DNA of 63,674 nucleotides, filler included, from Reticulomyxa filosa (GCA_000512085.1; 21 parts of 21 records of this genome joined end to end with filler, not necessarily neighbours in it), one strand, 5' to 3'; numbered from the whole stretch's first letter, positions 1-13,020 are shown. Numbers and translations are program-made. Notes: generated by a model from the letters alone, not told the origin.

Positions 1-498
1 AGGCACGATTGTCAACTTTTTCTCGAAAATTTTCAAAAATCAATTAAATATTCACATTTTTTAAACAATTATGAAAGATGTAATAAGAAACTAAATTAAA
101 AATGATATTTAAAAAGTACACGATTTGTAGATTTTTTTAAAAAAATTAAGTCTGAATGTTGTTTTTTCATGTAGAAATCAATCATCTCTATAATACCGTT
201 TTAGGTGTCAACTTTACTTTGCATTCTACTGTATTATAAATTAAGATTGTTCAACTAGAGTGAGTAACTCTTTTAAATTTTGAAAAGCAATCTTGTTTTG
301 TAATTCGATTAGTCATGTTAGTAATCTTGATATTGAATAGAATTTCTTTATATTTTTATCTCTTTTTGCAATACATCAATTATAAATTTTTTATAATTTG
401 ATTAAATGTTTGACAATGTTTAAAAATTTTTTAAGAAAAATAAAAGGTTTCAAGTAATTAAGAAACATTTATTTTTTTAAATGACAACAAAATGATAG

Positions 499-857
499 TT
501 ATCTTTTATCATGAGTTAATTGATACAAAAATCCACACATCAATACCATACTAGCCATAAATCCTGATGTTGGTACTTGTCTCATCATTTTTGCAACACG
601 ATAAGGAAGCTTTGGTTCAGTTTTATCAAATGAATATCCAGCACTTCCACCTAAACCAACCATCGCTCCAAAAAAAAATGCATATCCAAACCCAGCAGAC
701 AAATGTCGAGTTGTTGGATCAAGTGAATTAAATCTTTGCTAGTGTATTTCATAAAAAGCCTTGTGTTTTTCCTAAGAGACAAAGAATAATAGAGTCTCAC
801 CTTTAGTCTTTCATGTAATGGAAGAGTACTTCTTGGCTGAAGCGAGATAGCAGACAT
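499..857 (-). CDS. Small two-exon membrane protein (98 aa), possibly Romo1/Mgr2 (Tim17-related)-like
   Basis: Exon 857-801 (MSAISLQPRSTLPLHERLK), GTGAGA...TAG intron 800-739, exon 738-499. Two Gly-rich hydrophobic segments (GFGYAFFFGAMVGLGGSAGY; TSGFMASMVLMCGF). The family call is from pattern resemblance only. Confidence 0.5.
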
Positions 858-1216
858 TTTTCACTAAGTGGGGTTAGCACTTAAAAAAATTTTTAAAGTT
901 CAAAAGAAAACTGTTATACGTTCGTAAAAATAAATCAAAAATTAATGATAAACAAGAAACAAGATAAAAAAGTAAGATAATTTAGTTTTGCCTCCGGTGA
1001 ATAATCACCTTTGACATGATTCCGCGTCATTCTAGTGTTCATGTAATGTAATCAAGTTAAAACTTTGTGATGTGTGTTTAATGTTACCATGCAAAAATTC
1101 ACTTTATTAATTTGTAAATCATTACAATTGCATTTTCTCTTTTTTTTCATAAAAACCTCAAGATTAATGTAATACTGAGCATATACAAGCAAAATTTGTG
1201 CTTGAAGAAGTTCTTT

Positions 1217-2386
1217 TCATCCCCATATTCCTATTGTAAAACCAGTAGAACCTGACACAATAGTATTACCATCTGGTGAAACATCTATAGATCTCACACT
1301 AGCAGAATGTCCTTCTAATTTCTGTATTTCTTTTCCTGATTTCACATCCCATATACGAATAGTTTTATCATCAGAGCCAGACACAATAGTTTGACCATCT
1401 GGAAAGTATATTACAATATTTACATTACTTGAATGTCCTTGCAAATTTTTCACTTCTCTTCCTGATATAACATCCCATATTCGAATTGTTTTATCCGATG
1501 AACAGGATACAATAAATTGACCATCTGGAGAAAAGTTTACGTGTCGTATGGAATCTGAGTGTCCTGTTGATTGCTGTAATCTTTTACCTGATTTTACATC
1601 CCATATTCCAATGTTGCTATCATGAGATACTGATACAATCAATTTACCATTTGGTGAAAATTGAGCATATGGTATACCTATAGAATGGCCTAGCAACATC
1701 ATAATCTCTTTTCCAGTTTCTATATCATATATTCGTACTGTATTATCTTCTGAACTTGATACAATATATTTACCATCTGGGAAAAGTGTGCACACCACAC
1801 TATATCTGAATGTCCTTCCAATTTCATCATTTCAATTCCTGATTGCGTGCTCCATAATCGAATTGTCGTGTCTAATGCGCACGATATAATAGTACGCCCA
1901 TCTGGTGAAAATTCTGCAATATTGACTGGACTAAAATGTCCTTTAAAAACTTGGATTTGCTTTCCCGATGCAATATCCCATAATCGAATTGTTCCGTCAT
2001 ATGAACAAGATAGCACATTATGTCCATCTGGCGAAAATTTTGCAGTATACATTGAACCCGAGTCTTCTCTAAAAGTTTGAATTTGTTTTCCTGATCCAAC
2101 ATCCCAAATTCGAACTGTGTTGTCACGTGATGATGAAACAATATTGCTGCCGTCAGGTGAAAATTTTACACTTCGTATTACATTTTCATGCCCTTTCAAA
2201 ATTTTTAGCAGTGTAAATCCCACGACTTGTAAGTTAAATGTTGACGAGGAAGAATATAGAGTCACTTTACTTTATCGTTGAACAACAATACTTAACGTAT
2301 TTAGCAACAATTTTGTCAAAGTTATTGATCCATCCTAACTTAATATTTACCTCTTGAATCCAATATTGAATAATTACTTTTATTTT
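1217..2386 (-). CDS. WD40-repeat protein of an expanded family; one 1-nt frameshift
   Basis: About eight GH..V..V.FSPDG..IVS.S.D.TIR.WD repeats. The frame switches at TTTTCCCAG (~1777-1785), where FSPDG is expected. Upstream exon 2374-2297 encodes IIQYWIQEVNIKLGWINNFDKIVAKY, followed by a GTTAAG donor. Confidence 0.9.
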
Positions 2387-3058
2387 CTTTTCACATTATT
2401 TATTTGAGTTAATTCATACCATCTTCATTTTGATTACATCAGATTTGTTTGTTAAGTATATACTGTTTACGCTTGTACCAATTGCTGCGTTTTCGCATTT
2501 TCATTGGCAGCTATCGTCTCTCGGTCTTTATTCGTAACGCGATTATCAGTATTTTGACTAGCACCCATTCCAAATCTCTATTTGAAGTTTCAAGATTCAA
2601 ATACAAATCATATCTTTAAAAATAAACTTTGAGCATATGAGTCCCTTGGCTTTTGCTTGTAGTCGAACACACTATTTCAAGATTTTCTTCAATTTAATAG
2701 TTTTTTCATTTGAATTAAATTTTGCATAATTTTTACACTTTGTCATGGTTAGTACGAATTTCAACATAACCACTTTCGTTGCTTTCAATGAAATTCAATT
2801 ATTATCTACATACAGTGTCACGCTTGCAATCCCTATGTTCGCAGTATGTTTAATTTTGTAGCCAGCACAAATATTTTATTAAATTGATAAATTGTAAAAA
2901 AGCCAAAAAAAAAAGTAAAGACAATTGCCCAAATCAACCATGAATGATTTACAAAAAATTTTTTTATTACATGATACAAAGCAATTTCTATGTAAGCAAC
3001 GCCTTGTTATTATTTTTATATAAACGATATTTACAGCTCGAAATTGCATTGTAAGAAC

Positions 3059-3947
3059 CTAAAGCAATGCTTGCCACAGTTGAATTGCTCCATCCCTAGA
3101 TGATGTTATAATTGTATTTGCATCTTGCGAGATATCTATCCCGGTCACATTATCAGACAGGTGAAATAGTTGTATTTCAGTTGCAAAAGTTACATCCCAC
3201 AATCGAATTGTTTTATCATTTGAGCATGAAGCAATAGTACGACCATCCGGAGAATATCGTACACCCCTTACCAGAGATAAGTGTCCCTTCAATTGTTTTT
3301 CTTTTTTTTAAATTGCACATTCCAAATTAGGATAACTTATCATCCGAGCATGACACAACATGCCTACCATCTGGAGAAAATTGTACTTGAATTATGCGTG
3401 ATAAATGGCCATGCCATGTGATCAGCTTGCAATGCGTCCTTACATGCCATAAGACAACGTCATCTGTATTGGAGGACCCCACAATGATTTCACCGTCTGG
3501 TGACAACTCCACATTACTTAGCAGGCCTAATTGTGTTTCTATTTGCATCACTTCCTTCCCAGAATTCACATCCCAAAGTCGAATTGTATTATCTCTTGAG
3601 TTGGATACAATTGTATTTCCATCGGATGAAAACTGTGCACTTATTATAGCCTTTGAATGTCCTTCCAAAATTTTCACTTGTTTTGCGATCTTCACATCCC
3701 ACAATCGAATTGTTTTATCACTTGAACATGACACTATCATACATCCATCAGGTGAAAATTGTATACTGTTGATTGCATCTAAATGGCCTATTAACACTTG
3801 CACTTCTTTTTCCAATGCAATATCCCATATTTGAATGATTGGGACATTTGAAGAAACAGCAAAGCTGGTACCATCGGGAGAAAATTTTACATTTTTTACA
3901 TAGTCAAAATCTCCACGAACAGTTTTCAATGGTTTGTAATATTTCAT
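3059..3947 (-). CDS. WD40-repeat paralogue, 5'-truncated by the contig end; two 1-nt frameshifts (error or pseudogene)
   Basis: Repeated FSPDG/TIRLWD motifs. The exon starts after TAG| at 3947. Two bases are missing between 3340 and 3292. Confidence 0.85.
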
Positions 3948-3958
3948 CTATTTTTCGG

Positions 3959-4000
<42 letters not shown>

Positions 4001-4002
4001 AA

Positions 4003-4102
4003 NNNNNNNNNNNNNNNNNNNNNNNNNNNNNNNNNNNNNNNNNNNNTTAATTAATTAANNNNNNNNNNNNNNNNNNNNNNNNNNNNNNNNNNNNNNNNNN
4101 NN
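4003..4102. other. Artificial contig-joining spacer (first of 20)
   Basis: N44-TTAATTAATTAA-N44 puts stops in all six frames. Identical copies start at 4003, 6898, 13079, 14660, 16833, 18040, 27655, 31379, 33364, 35975, 39056, 40371, 42262, 46163, 52879, 53979, 55141, 57605, 59007 and 62467. Confidence 0.98.
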
Positions 4103-4928
4103 AGACATAGTCAGTAGGACATTTCTTGATAAAATGCCCGCAGTACAAAAACAGCAGTCAAGATTGGGAAAAGAATGCAAAAGACATAAAGCCAGAAATC
4201 TCATTTGACGTAAGCAAGCTGAAGATACTGACCGTTGGATCCGTAACTTGTGCTCCTGAAATCATGATCAAGATAGTTCAAGAATTTGTGAAATTTGTTG
4301 TGGCAACAAAAAGAAATATACTAACTTTGCAATATTAGCAAGCATAACAAATTTCTATCCCTTGCTTATGAAACGAAAAGATTTCTTTTATCGTGTGGTC
4401 CTCGCAAAAATCAACCCATTTTGATACTTACTTTTAAATATCAGTTAACATTTAAAAATAATTCATTCAATAACATCATTATTATTTAACTCGTATTGCT
4501 AATAAAAGCGATTTTTAAACTGAATCAAACCAAGTGTTTTACATAGCATACGACTGTTCTAAATTTGCTATACTTATAACTTTTGTTTTTTATTTAATAG
4601 ATACTTATTACAAATTGCATTTTGTCAATAAAAAATTATAATGAGACTAGACTTTCATTATTTATCTAGTCACACATTAATTGGTGTAAAAACTGTTTGT
4701 GAAGATCTCAAACTAATGGATTGTAAATGCCATTGATAAAAAAATTTTGAATGAACTTTTTAAAAAAATATTTATTGGTTTGAACAATTCGATTTTCTGT
4801 TTTATCCACAACGACTCTTTGAAACTAGTTTTGTTTATGTCGATACAAATTACAACGCTTTTGAAAACTTGGAAAAACTGAAAGAAAGCAGTATAGCTGA
4901 TGAGTAATTTCCAGGTCAATCACACGAA

Positions 4929-6074
4929 TCATTTTAAGAACATATTGGATTTTTTCAGCTGAATATTGTTTGATTCCTTCATACAATCGCCACAATATCT
5001 CATTTTTGAATTTTCAACATACAGCAAGCCGTACACTTTTCCAGCCAATTTTGATCTGTAGCAACAAAACGTGAGCCATGTCATTTCAAGCAAAGAGTTG
5101 ACAAATATTGAAAAGAAACACACCCGCAATTGTCGCATGTAAAACACGACAAATGAAATTGTTCTCCATTGGCATTTTGGATGCCCCTTCCAAAAATTTT
5201 TTCTTTACATTTCCAACAAGTCCCAGGTATGAGTTGAAGGTTTCCATGATCGACATTTGCAGCGGCGCTCGAACTTTGGCTATTTTGTAATTGACTTATC
5301 AAGTCTGCCATTTTATTGTTCTCTTCTTCGATTTTTTTGATTTCCTCGTCGTTGTGTTTTTTGGTGCAATCAGCACAATAGTAAACTAATTTCCCATCGT
5401 TGTCTTTGCGCGTTCCAAATTTTTTTCCAATTAGTCCTTTCCTAACATTGCACATACAAAGGAAAACTGGTAATGTTGGCGTTTCAAAAAAAAAAAAAAA
5501 ACTGGTCTGTTCTTGTGTACATTTAAAAAATAAATAAATAAGTAAATAACTGGCACAAGTCACACGCAAAGCATTTGTGATGATATAGCCCTCCTGTAAA
5601 CGCTTCAAATGCCCTGGATTTGATTATCTCACAGCATTTCTCACAATATCGAACGCCCTCCTATGATCCGCAAAAACCAACAATCAGTACACACAATACC
5701 GTTTCAAAACTTGACATTTCCTTTACATGTGTGAGAACAAAGGCTATCTGTTCAACTTTTTTGCTGTGATCATGTTTGTCTCTAGCTCCTCGTCTGTAAA
5801 ATGACAACTCTTCGCGTAGACAAGCAACTTCCTTTTTCAATAGTTCGACTTCCTGAACATTCATCGAACAACTCATATTTTGGCCGCTCCTTTATTTAGT
5901 TTTTTTTTTTTTTTAAAATTATATATATATATAAACTTCTTTCAATGCAACAGGATCGGTGGTGGACTCAGTTTGATCTTTCACTTGCTCACTCTGCTGT
6001 TGAACGGGTCCTTTTTGTTCTTCAATGGAATCCTAAGATGTATGATGGACGAATTTATTTATTATTATTTATTA

Positions 6075-6121
<47 letters not shown>

Positions 6122-6774
6122 CTTTACGAATGAAACTGGTCCACTCCTCTCCTCTCCTCTCCTCCACCTTTCTTATCCATTGGGGAAAACAAACCTTGTG
6201 TTGTGACATTGTCAATTCCTTTTTCTCTGGTGGTAACAGAGGGTCTTGCAACTGCAACTGGTCTTGCACTTTGTTTTGATCGAGGGAAATAGGACAAGCT
6301 TCTTTTTCCAACGATTCTTTGGAAAAATGAAAATGCGTGGCAATGGTCAGACGCTTGTCCTTCGGCACTTTGATAGGTGTCGAAGATGCCCTTCTCCAAC
6401 ACTTGATTATTTACATCATCCATATCCATTGGGATATTCACGGCCATGTTACGAGCGGGTTCGTTGTCATTGCCTTTCGTTGGCACAGTTGCACTACGTT
6501 TTCTCTGCACAGTAATCAAACCATTTGAACCATCAAAAGCAAAGATGAAACATATATACACATATATATATATATGTATATATGTATATATATATATATT
6601 ATTTTTTTTTTCATATGCATTGATATGATTATATTTTGTGGAATACTCACTCACCGTAGAGATCTTTTGGTAATGTTGCTCTGCACTCGTTCCGGGCAAG
6701 TGAAGCTCAGTCGCGTGCAAATAGTCGCCTCGTTTTGTCCTCGCGGAGATCTTGGGCGTTTCAAAGCCTGGCAT
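4929..6774 (-). CDS. Multi-exon protein with two C-terminal LIM zinc-binding domains, 5'-partial
   Basis: Spliced LIM1: CEKC..HHKCFACDLC / YYCADC. LIM2: CWKC..FHLSCFTCDNCG / RYCGDC. GT-AG introns. Confidence 0.8.
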
Positions 6775-6853
6775 GTTTGGACGATCTTTCTCACTTTTTG
6801 TTTATTTTTGTCACACACACACACACACACACGCACATACACAATGTGTTTGA

Positions 6854-6897
<44 letters not shown>

Positions 6898-7064
6898 NNN
6901 NNNNNNNNNNNNNNNNNNNNNNNNNNNNNNNNNNNNNNNNNTTAATTAATTAANNNNNNNNNNNNNNNNNNNNNNNNNNNNNNNNNNNNNNNNNNNNTAG
7001 TGTGTGTGTGTGTTAATTTTTTTTTTTTTAAAAAAAAAAAAAAAAATTACAAAACAACAAGTGT

Positions 7065-8840
7065 TTGTTGGACTTGGGAATGCGATCTCGCTATCGCATG
7101 CTATTGAGTCGCAATTATTTGGACTGGTATACCATTGCGTTGCTAGTGCATCACAAAAATGTGACAATATCGAAAGCCATACTCGAAGCATTCTTTACTC
7201 GTCTGAAAGACTTTGTCTTGCCAATGCACTTTGCCTGTGTCCTGCCGCTGGTCGCCACTGTCCCTGACAAGCCCCTTCGTCTGCTGCACGCAAAGAGATT
7301 GACCGCGTTGCTGAACCGCATGCGTCGCACCTATTTGCATCGTATCCAAGGCGAACATGTACGTTCGGCTAACAAAGCCTCCTCCTCCTCTTTGGTAATC
7401 GATCCTGTTCAATTGCTTTACGTACCTGAATTCGTTCTCGTTTATCTCATTCATCTATTGTCACACCATCCGGATTTCGATCCAGCATTGGCCAAACAAG
7501 AGTTGCATACTATCAGTTATACGTATTTATTTATTTATTTTTTTTTTTTTTTTTTTTTTTGTTAAATTAAAAAAAAATTTGATTGAAAAGGACGACAAAG
7601 TATTTCCGGAACGCCAGTTCAAAAACAACTCTCCAACCGACGTTCCCGGAGATCTACTGGAAGTTATGCTGAGCCAACGCAGTTGGAGAAAAAACGTCGC
7701 TCCAACGAACAAGAAGGCAGTGTCGTGGAGTACTTTGGAGCGATAATCGACTTTTTTTTGGAGGCATTATTTCAAAAGCAATCAACGGCCAATGTCCCGC
7801 TTGTCATTGCATTGCTGGATCGTATTGAACAAAGCACAGACGACCTCTCTATTTTCAGCAAAAATCATCACTATTTGGTGCTCATTGCTAGATTGAGACT
7901 CCGAAACAGATCTCGAGTTAGTTTGTTTGTCTTTTCAATTGTATCAGCTGATAGTGTATCTTTGGCACATTATTTAGCACACTAACAACAAAATGATAAA
8001 TAATAATAATAATAATAATAATAATAATCTCAGCAACAGAAATGGGACGTTTATCCTGGAAAAATAGTGCTTCCATCGAAATTGTTCAAGCTTAAGGAAG
8101 AACAAGAAGCCGAAGAGGATATCAAGTTTTGTACAAAACAAGATAACCTGAGAGGTCAATACTTTTTTTTGTTTTCTCACACCCTTTCCTTCACACATAT
8201 TCCTCGATAGTGCTATCCCTGAACCGCCTCCGACTCATCTGTTAGATCCAAACTTGTCACATCTCGAACAACAAGAACATGCCAATACGACATCCGTGGA
8301 TATCAGTCTCTTGCAGTTTGACTCGTTTTTTTTTTTTTTTGTCTTTTGTTTCGCCTTGGCCTTCTTGAGTGTTCGTGGCCAAGTGCCAAACGAATGCCAC
8401 CCCCCCCCCCCCCTCCCCTCATTTTTGTTAATTTGCAAAAAAAATTGGTTAGTGTTGAAAAGTCGGCAAATGCAAGCGAATTACAAACACCACTTGGCAG
8501 AGGTGAAACTACAACAACCGAAGTGGATCAACCACCTACCAATCAAACTGAGCCAAATGCAAAAAGCAATGCTTTAGAAATAAGTTCGAGAAACGAGATA
8601 TCTCCCGATGCCCAATCAAATGCGCCTACTAGTGAAACTCATCAAGGATCGAAACCAAAAAAGAGATCCCGAACAGATATTGAATCGGAAACAAAAAATA
8701 ACCTGGACAAAGGCATGTCTACCTCTTTTGTTAATGCGACATCCCCTAAATATATATATACATATATATTTACAGATGAATGTGATATATCACCTCCCTC
8801 CAAACGGCTTCGGATTGAAAACAACACATTATCTACTTGA
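7065..8840 (+). CDS. PDS5: Sister chromatid cohesion protein PDS5, C-terminal exons
   Basis: LPMHFACVLPLVA..LNRMRRTYL..VPEFVLVYLIHLLSHHPDF matches the PDS5 C-terminal HEAT region (LP.EY...PEYVVPY.IHLLAH.PD). Disordered tail with basic NLS-like patches. Confidence 0.8.
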
Positions 8841-9299
8841 AAGGAAAAAATTAAAACAAAAACAAAAACATTTGTAAGCATTTGATTAATGCATTATATG
8901 CAGCTTAAAGGTTGACATTGCAAACATATGTTGTTATGTTAACCATTACACCTTTTGAATCATAATATGCTTAACCAATAAAAAACCAAGGCCAAAAATT
9001 TGAACAATGATAAAATTTTAAATTTTTATAAAAATTTATTTAATTCAATCATCACATCGATATAAAATATCTGTGTGGACTGACAATAAAAAAATTTCAA
9101 TTTATGAGTTAAATTCACAATTATGAAGTGTCGATAAACACATTGAAAAAGAAAGAAGACTAAGAATTGTACACATTATTTGAATTTGTGTTATGGTTCA
9201 TGCAATGGTCTCGTTCATATTTGGGGATAATTTACTTTTTTGTTGAACAAGAAATGAAGGTGTCTTTGATTAAAAGAAAAGTAAACTTGTTTGATTTGG

Positions 9300-9875
9300 T
9301 TAAGCACACTGAAAGATTTGTTTCATCATACTTTGTTGTTTAAAAAAGTTGAAAAAACTGCGTTCAATGTTTTTTAAAATTGAAAAGTATATAAATAAAA
9401 ACTGCGCTTTGAAATTAGGTTATATTTTTGTGGTCTTATAAAACTTTATTCAAATCAATTTGAATATTATTGGAAGAGGACGAATTTATGACTTTGATGA
9501 AATGTTAAGTTATTTAACAATATAATATTCAACTTATTCTAAAACATTTAAAAACGAAAATTTTATATGGACATTCGATTACATAATGAAAGAGTGTATT
9601 TTAATCTAACAGCAAAGTTGATGAGTTTCATTTAATATTTCATGAATACATTTATTATAAAATAATTATCAAAATTGAGTTCAAAGATTGATGACAAGCT
9701 CAGCACGGATCAATGGTTTGGATATAACTTAATGTGTTCACAAATAGCTTGTGTACACTGATGCATAGGAGAAGTCAACAAACTGACGCTGAGGATCTTT
9801 AAAAAGATTTGTTGATATGTGGTGAACAACCTAAGATGTCAGATTTGACAAATGCAATGACGATGTACGCGTGAT
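9300..9875 (+). pseudogene. Heavily decayed coding relic, possibly PPR-like
   Basis: Stop-interrupted RSQQTDAEDL*KDLLICGEQPKMSDLTNAMTMYA loosely resembles a PPR motif. Boundaries are approximate. Confidence 0.2.
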
Positions 9876-10279
9876 GCTAGTGATATTTGAACAAAATAAA
9901 TTTCGTTTTGCAAAAAAGAATTAAAAAATGAAATTTTTTTAAAGCCTGTGCCCTAAAAAAAATTGTTCTTAATTAAAAATTAATTTTTGTGTTGAAAAAA
10001 TTAAGTATTTGCGGCTCTAGTCACGAAAACGTTTTGTACACCTTATGTAAAAACTTGTTTAAAGAAATCCCACTTTCGATTATCCGCTTGATGTGCTAAA
10101 ATAAGAAAGTATTGTCATTGATAGTGGAGAGGAAACAAAAATGGGGTTAAAATATGTTTTGAAGCTTTGGTTACATGAAGTTACTTCGTGATTGGTTTAT
10201 TTATTGTTGAATTGATGCTGAACACAAATTAATATTTAGTGAAGAATATTTAAAACAAAACGAAAAAAATAAAGATACA

Positions 10280-11109
10280 TCAACCAGTAATGTGTGATTT
10301 AATAACAGTTTTATTGTTTTTGGCGACAGTCTTGCTTGTCTTTTCGTAGTTTTTCATGATAGCTATGCTGGTTGTAATTTCATTCAAATTCGTCTCCAAC
10401 ACCATGCCCCCCATGACAATTTCGTCTAAGACATTGTTCACCTCATCAAATCGAAACACAATATCTAACTCGCACACATTTTTGAATCTTTCATCCAATG
10501 CCTCAACAAAGACTTGAATCAAATCCAATATGCCTTTTTTCGAGTGTCATTGCGTGCAGATTGTGGCAAAGACAAAAGGGCATGTACATATTCTTTCAAG
10601 TTTTTGTTTGTTTTTTTTTTTTTGAACAGAGCTAACCTAATTCGCTCTCAGATTGGTCGACCAAAAATACGAAAAATAGCGTGGCGTAGTGTCGATAGAT
10701 TAATTTACTGTCAAAAAATTCAGACAGTTCCCTTTCTTCTTTGACCTTTTGAACTTGAGAATCTTTTTTGGGGTCAATTTTGTCATCGCTTCTGTTCAGT
10801 TTTTTGTACAGTTTTTGGCCTCGAAAAAAAAAAAAAAAAGAAAAAAATGATAAAATAGATCCAATTGAAATTAGTTCTTTTGTGTGTATTTTTTAACATT
10901 ACAACTGTGGACAATTTGTCCAAACTTCTGTATTTTTCTTGCCATGATTTTGAAGGTTCCACAAAGTTACATACGGCATCACTGCGTTTGGATACAATGG
11001 CAAACACATCTCTAACAATTTGCTGTTGCTTCTGCTGACTGATCTTCGCATAAAAGCGTGACAAACGCACTTTTCCGTGATTATTGATTATTAAAATACC
11101 TTTGATCAT
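10280..11109 (-). CDS. AP3S: AP-3 adaptor complex sigma subunit, three exons
   Basis: MIKGILIINNHGKVRLSRFY..VCNF / KLIYRHYATLFFVFLVDQSESELG / ILDLIQVFVEALD..NVCELD..VMGGMVLETN is diagnostic of sigma3. Intron 10636-10534 is GTTAGC...AAAG. Confidence 0.93.
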
Positions 11110-11361
11110 GATTACGTCGATAGAAGCAAAATAAAACAGGGGTTTGATCTTTTAGCTCAAACCGGTCAGAAAAAGGTACAAGAAGTAAAACAACACGAAC
11201 AATTGTCATAGTCGTCACTACCGTTATCATAAAGTGTATAATTTTTTTTCATTACAAGTCAAAGAAGTTACGCTTTCCAGAAGGTTTTGAGTTGCGTCGA
11301 CATAGGTTTTTTTTTTGGGTTTTTTTTTGGTCTGAAAATAGGCAGTTGCATATTGAAGCGA

Positions 11362-12345
11362 ATGTCCTGGCTACTGAATCCCTTAGCTTGGTTGTTTTCT
11401 CGCAAAAGGACTTTTAGTGAAATGATGTCTTCAACCTTGGAAGAGAAGATAGATAAAGAAAGTTTACCAAACGGGGTGGGTTTATTAGAATCGAACGAAA
11501 AGGTGGACGAAGAGATGAAGGATAGTTGGTTATCCAGTGGTCCCCCACAAAAGAAAAGACGAATGAACAAGACTCTGTTATTGGGAACAACTCCAAACAT
11601 AAGTAATGATACATTGATAATGAACCGAATTCGTGCACACTCGCGTGTGTGCAAGACGGAAGTGTTCAATAACCTCTCGGTGCTGGCCGTGGACCAAGCG
11701 CATCCTATCTTTGTAACCTCTCCAAAGGACACAATAGTATTTAACCCAATGGAGCACTGCCACGTCGGAGATAACGTGTATTATTACCCAAGCGGAGCAA
11801 GCACGCCAGTGGAGGCGTGCATAATCGATCGCAGCTTTCGAAAGAATCGCATTTGTGTGGAATACATATTGGGGAGCAATCACAAAAGAAAAAAAAAAAA
11901 AGAAAGAAGAAAAGGAAGAAAAGGAAGGAAAAAAAAAAAAAAAAAAGAAGTGCACCAAGGGCAAGGACACATAAGAGGGAGAGATCGTAGGAGCACTAAT
12001 GTAGGCTTTGAGAAGGGCCAAAAGAGCTCTCCCAAGGTCCGAAAGTGGTTGGACCTGAATAACAAAGACGATCGAAAGCAGCTATTTTTGGAAAAGCAAT
12101 TGTGTGAATTATTCCAATTTGTTAAATATTACAGTGAATGCGTGAAGAAACAAGACACCATTTTGTTGTCGTGGCCGGCGTTCCTTTGTTCTCTGCAGTA
12201 CGCCAGCAACAGCAGCAGTGACAGCGACGACGACGACAACGACAACGACAGCGATAGCCATAGTAATAGCAATAGTCAAAGTCACAATCAAATTCAAATT
12301 CAAAGTCAAAGTTATAATCTAAATAATAATAGTAATAACAATAAC

Positions 12346-12401
<56 letters not shown>

Positions 12402-13020
12402 TAACAATAATAATCTAAATAACTATCAAAATCAAAACATAAGCAAACCCAATTCACGCAAGTCTCTATTGCAACTAAAGCAGAGCACGCGTGGATTGCG
12501 CTACTTTCAATGTCGTGTGCGCGATCAGTCGTATGCCAACACGCTGTGGAAACTCAAATACCCTCACGTTCTTCGGAGAGAGTGCGCGGCCAATGGCCTG
12601 GTTTTACCCGAGTTTTTGGACTTGACTCGACCTCATGCAAAACACTGGCTGCTTTGCAAAATGCGCAAATGCGAGGAAGATAAGCAGCAAGACATTGATA
12701 CCTACGGCATCACGGCCGAGTGCATGAAGGCCATGGAAGTCGACCTTGGCCCTTGGCGACTTCCCACCATTGAAAGCAGTTTTCGCGTGGCCTTCAACAC
12801 CAACTACGAATGGTGCAATCGACGCTGTGAGAACGGCTGGGTGCACATGCTGACGTTTACGCAAGACATGAGCTATTGCGTGTCATTGCTCTACTTGCGA
12901 ACACGTTGTATCTTGAGTGACTTTAGCCACGTCACTGACCTCTTTGGTCACATCAACATTTACAAAGTCATTAAATCCGATCCCGCACAATTTCCACTGT
13001 TCCAAAAGATCCGTTTCTCT
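11362..13020 (+). CDS. Hypothetical protein with poly-Asn/Asp and Lys-rich tracts, 3'-partial
   Basis: Long open frame from ATG 11362, divergent from AP3S. The segment VGDNVYY..EACIID..ICVEY..VRKWLD is weakly Tudor/SH3-barrel-like. Confidence 0.6.
12322..12420 (+). repeat. (AAT/AAC)n coding microsatellite (poly-Asn)
   Basis: Directly visible trinucleotide run. Confidence 0.95.

Noticed and set aside
4047-4058. TTAATTAATTAA recurring 20 times as a possible CRISPR-like or biological repeat
   Set aside because: Always centred in exactly 44+44 N. It is an artificial six-frame-stop linker.
9683-9800. Possible C/D-box snoRNA (TGATGA...CTGA with AAAGAT/ATCTTT ends)
   Set aside because: The terminal stem geometry is wrong, there is no convincing rRNA guide, and the region reads better as a decayed coding relic.
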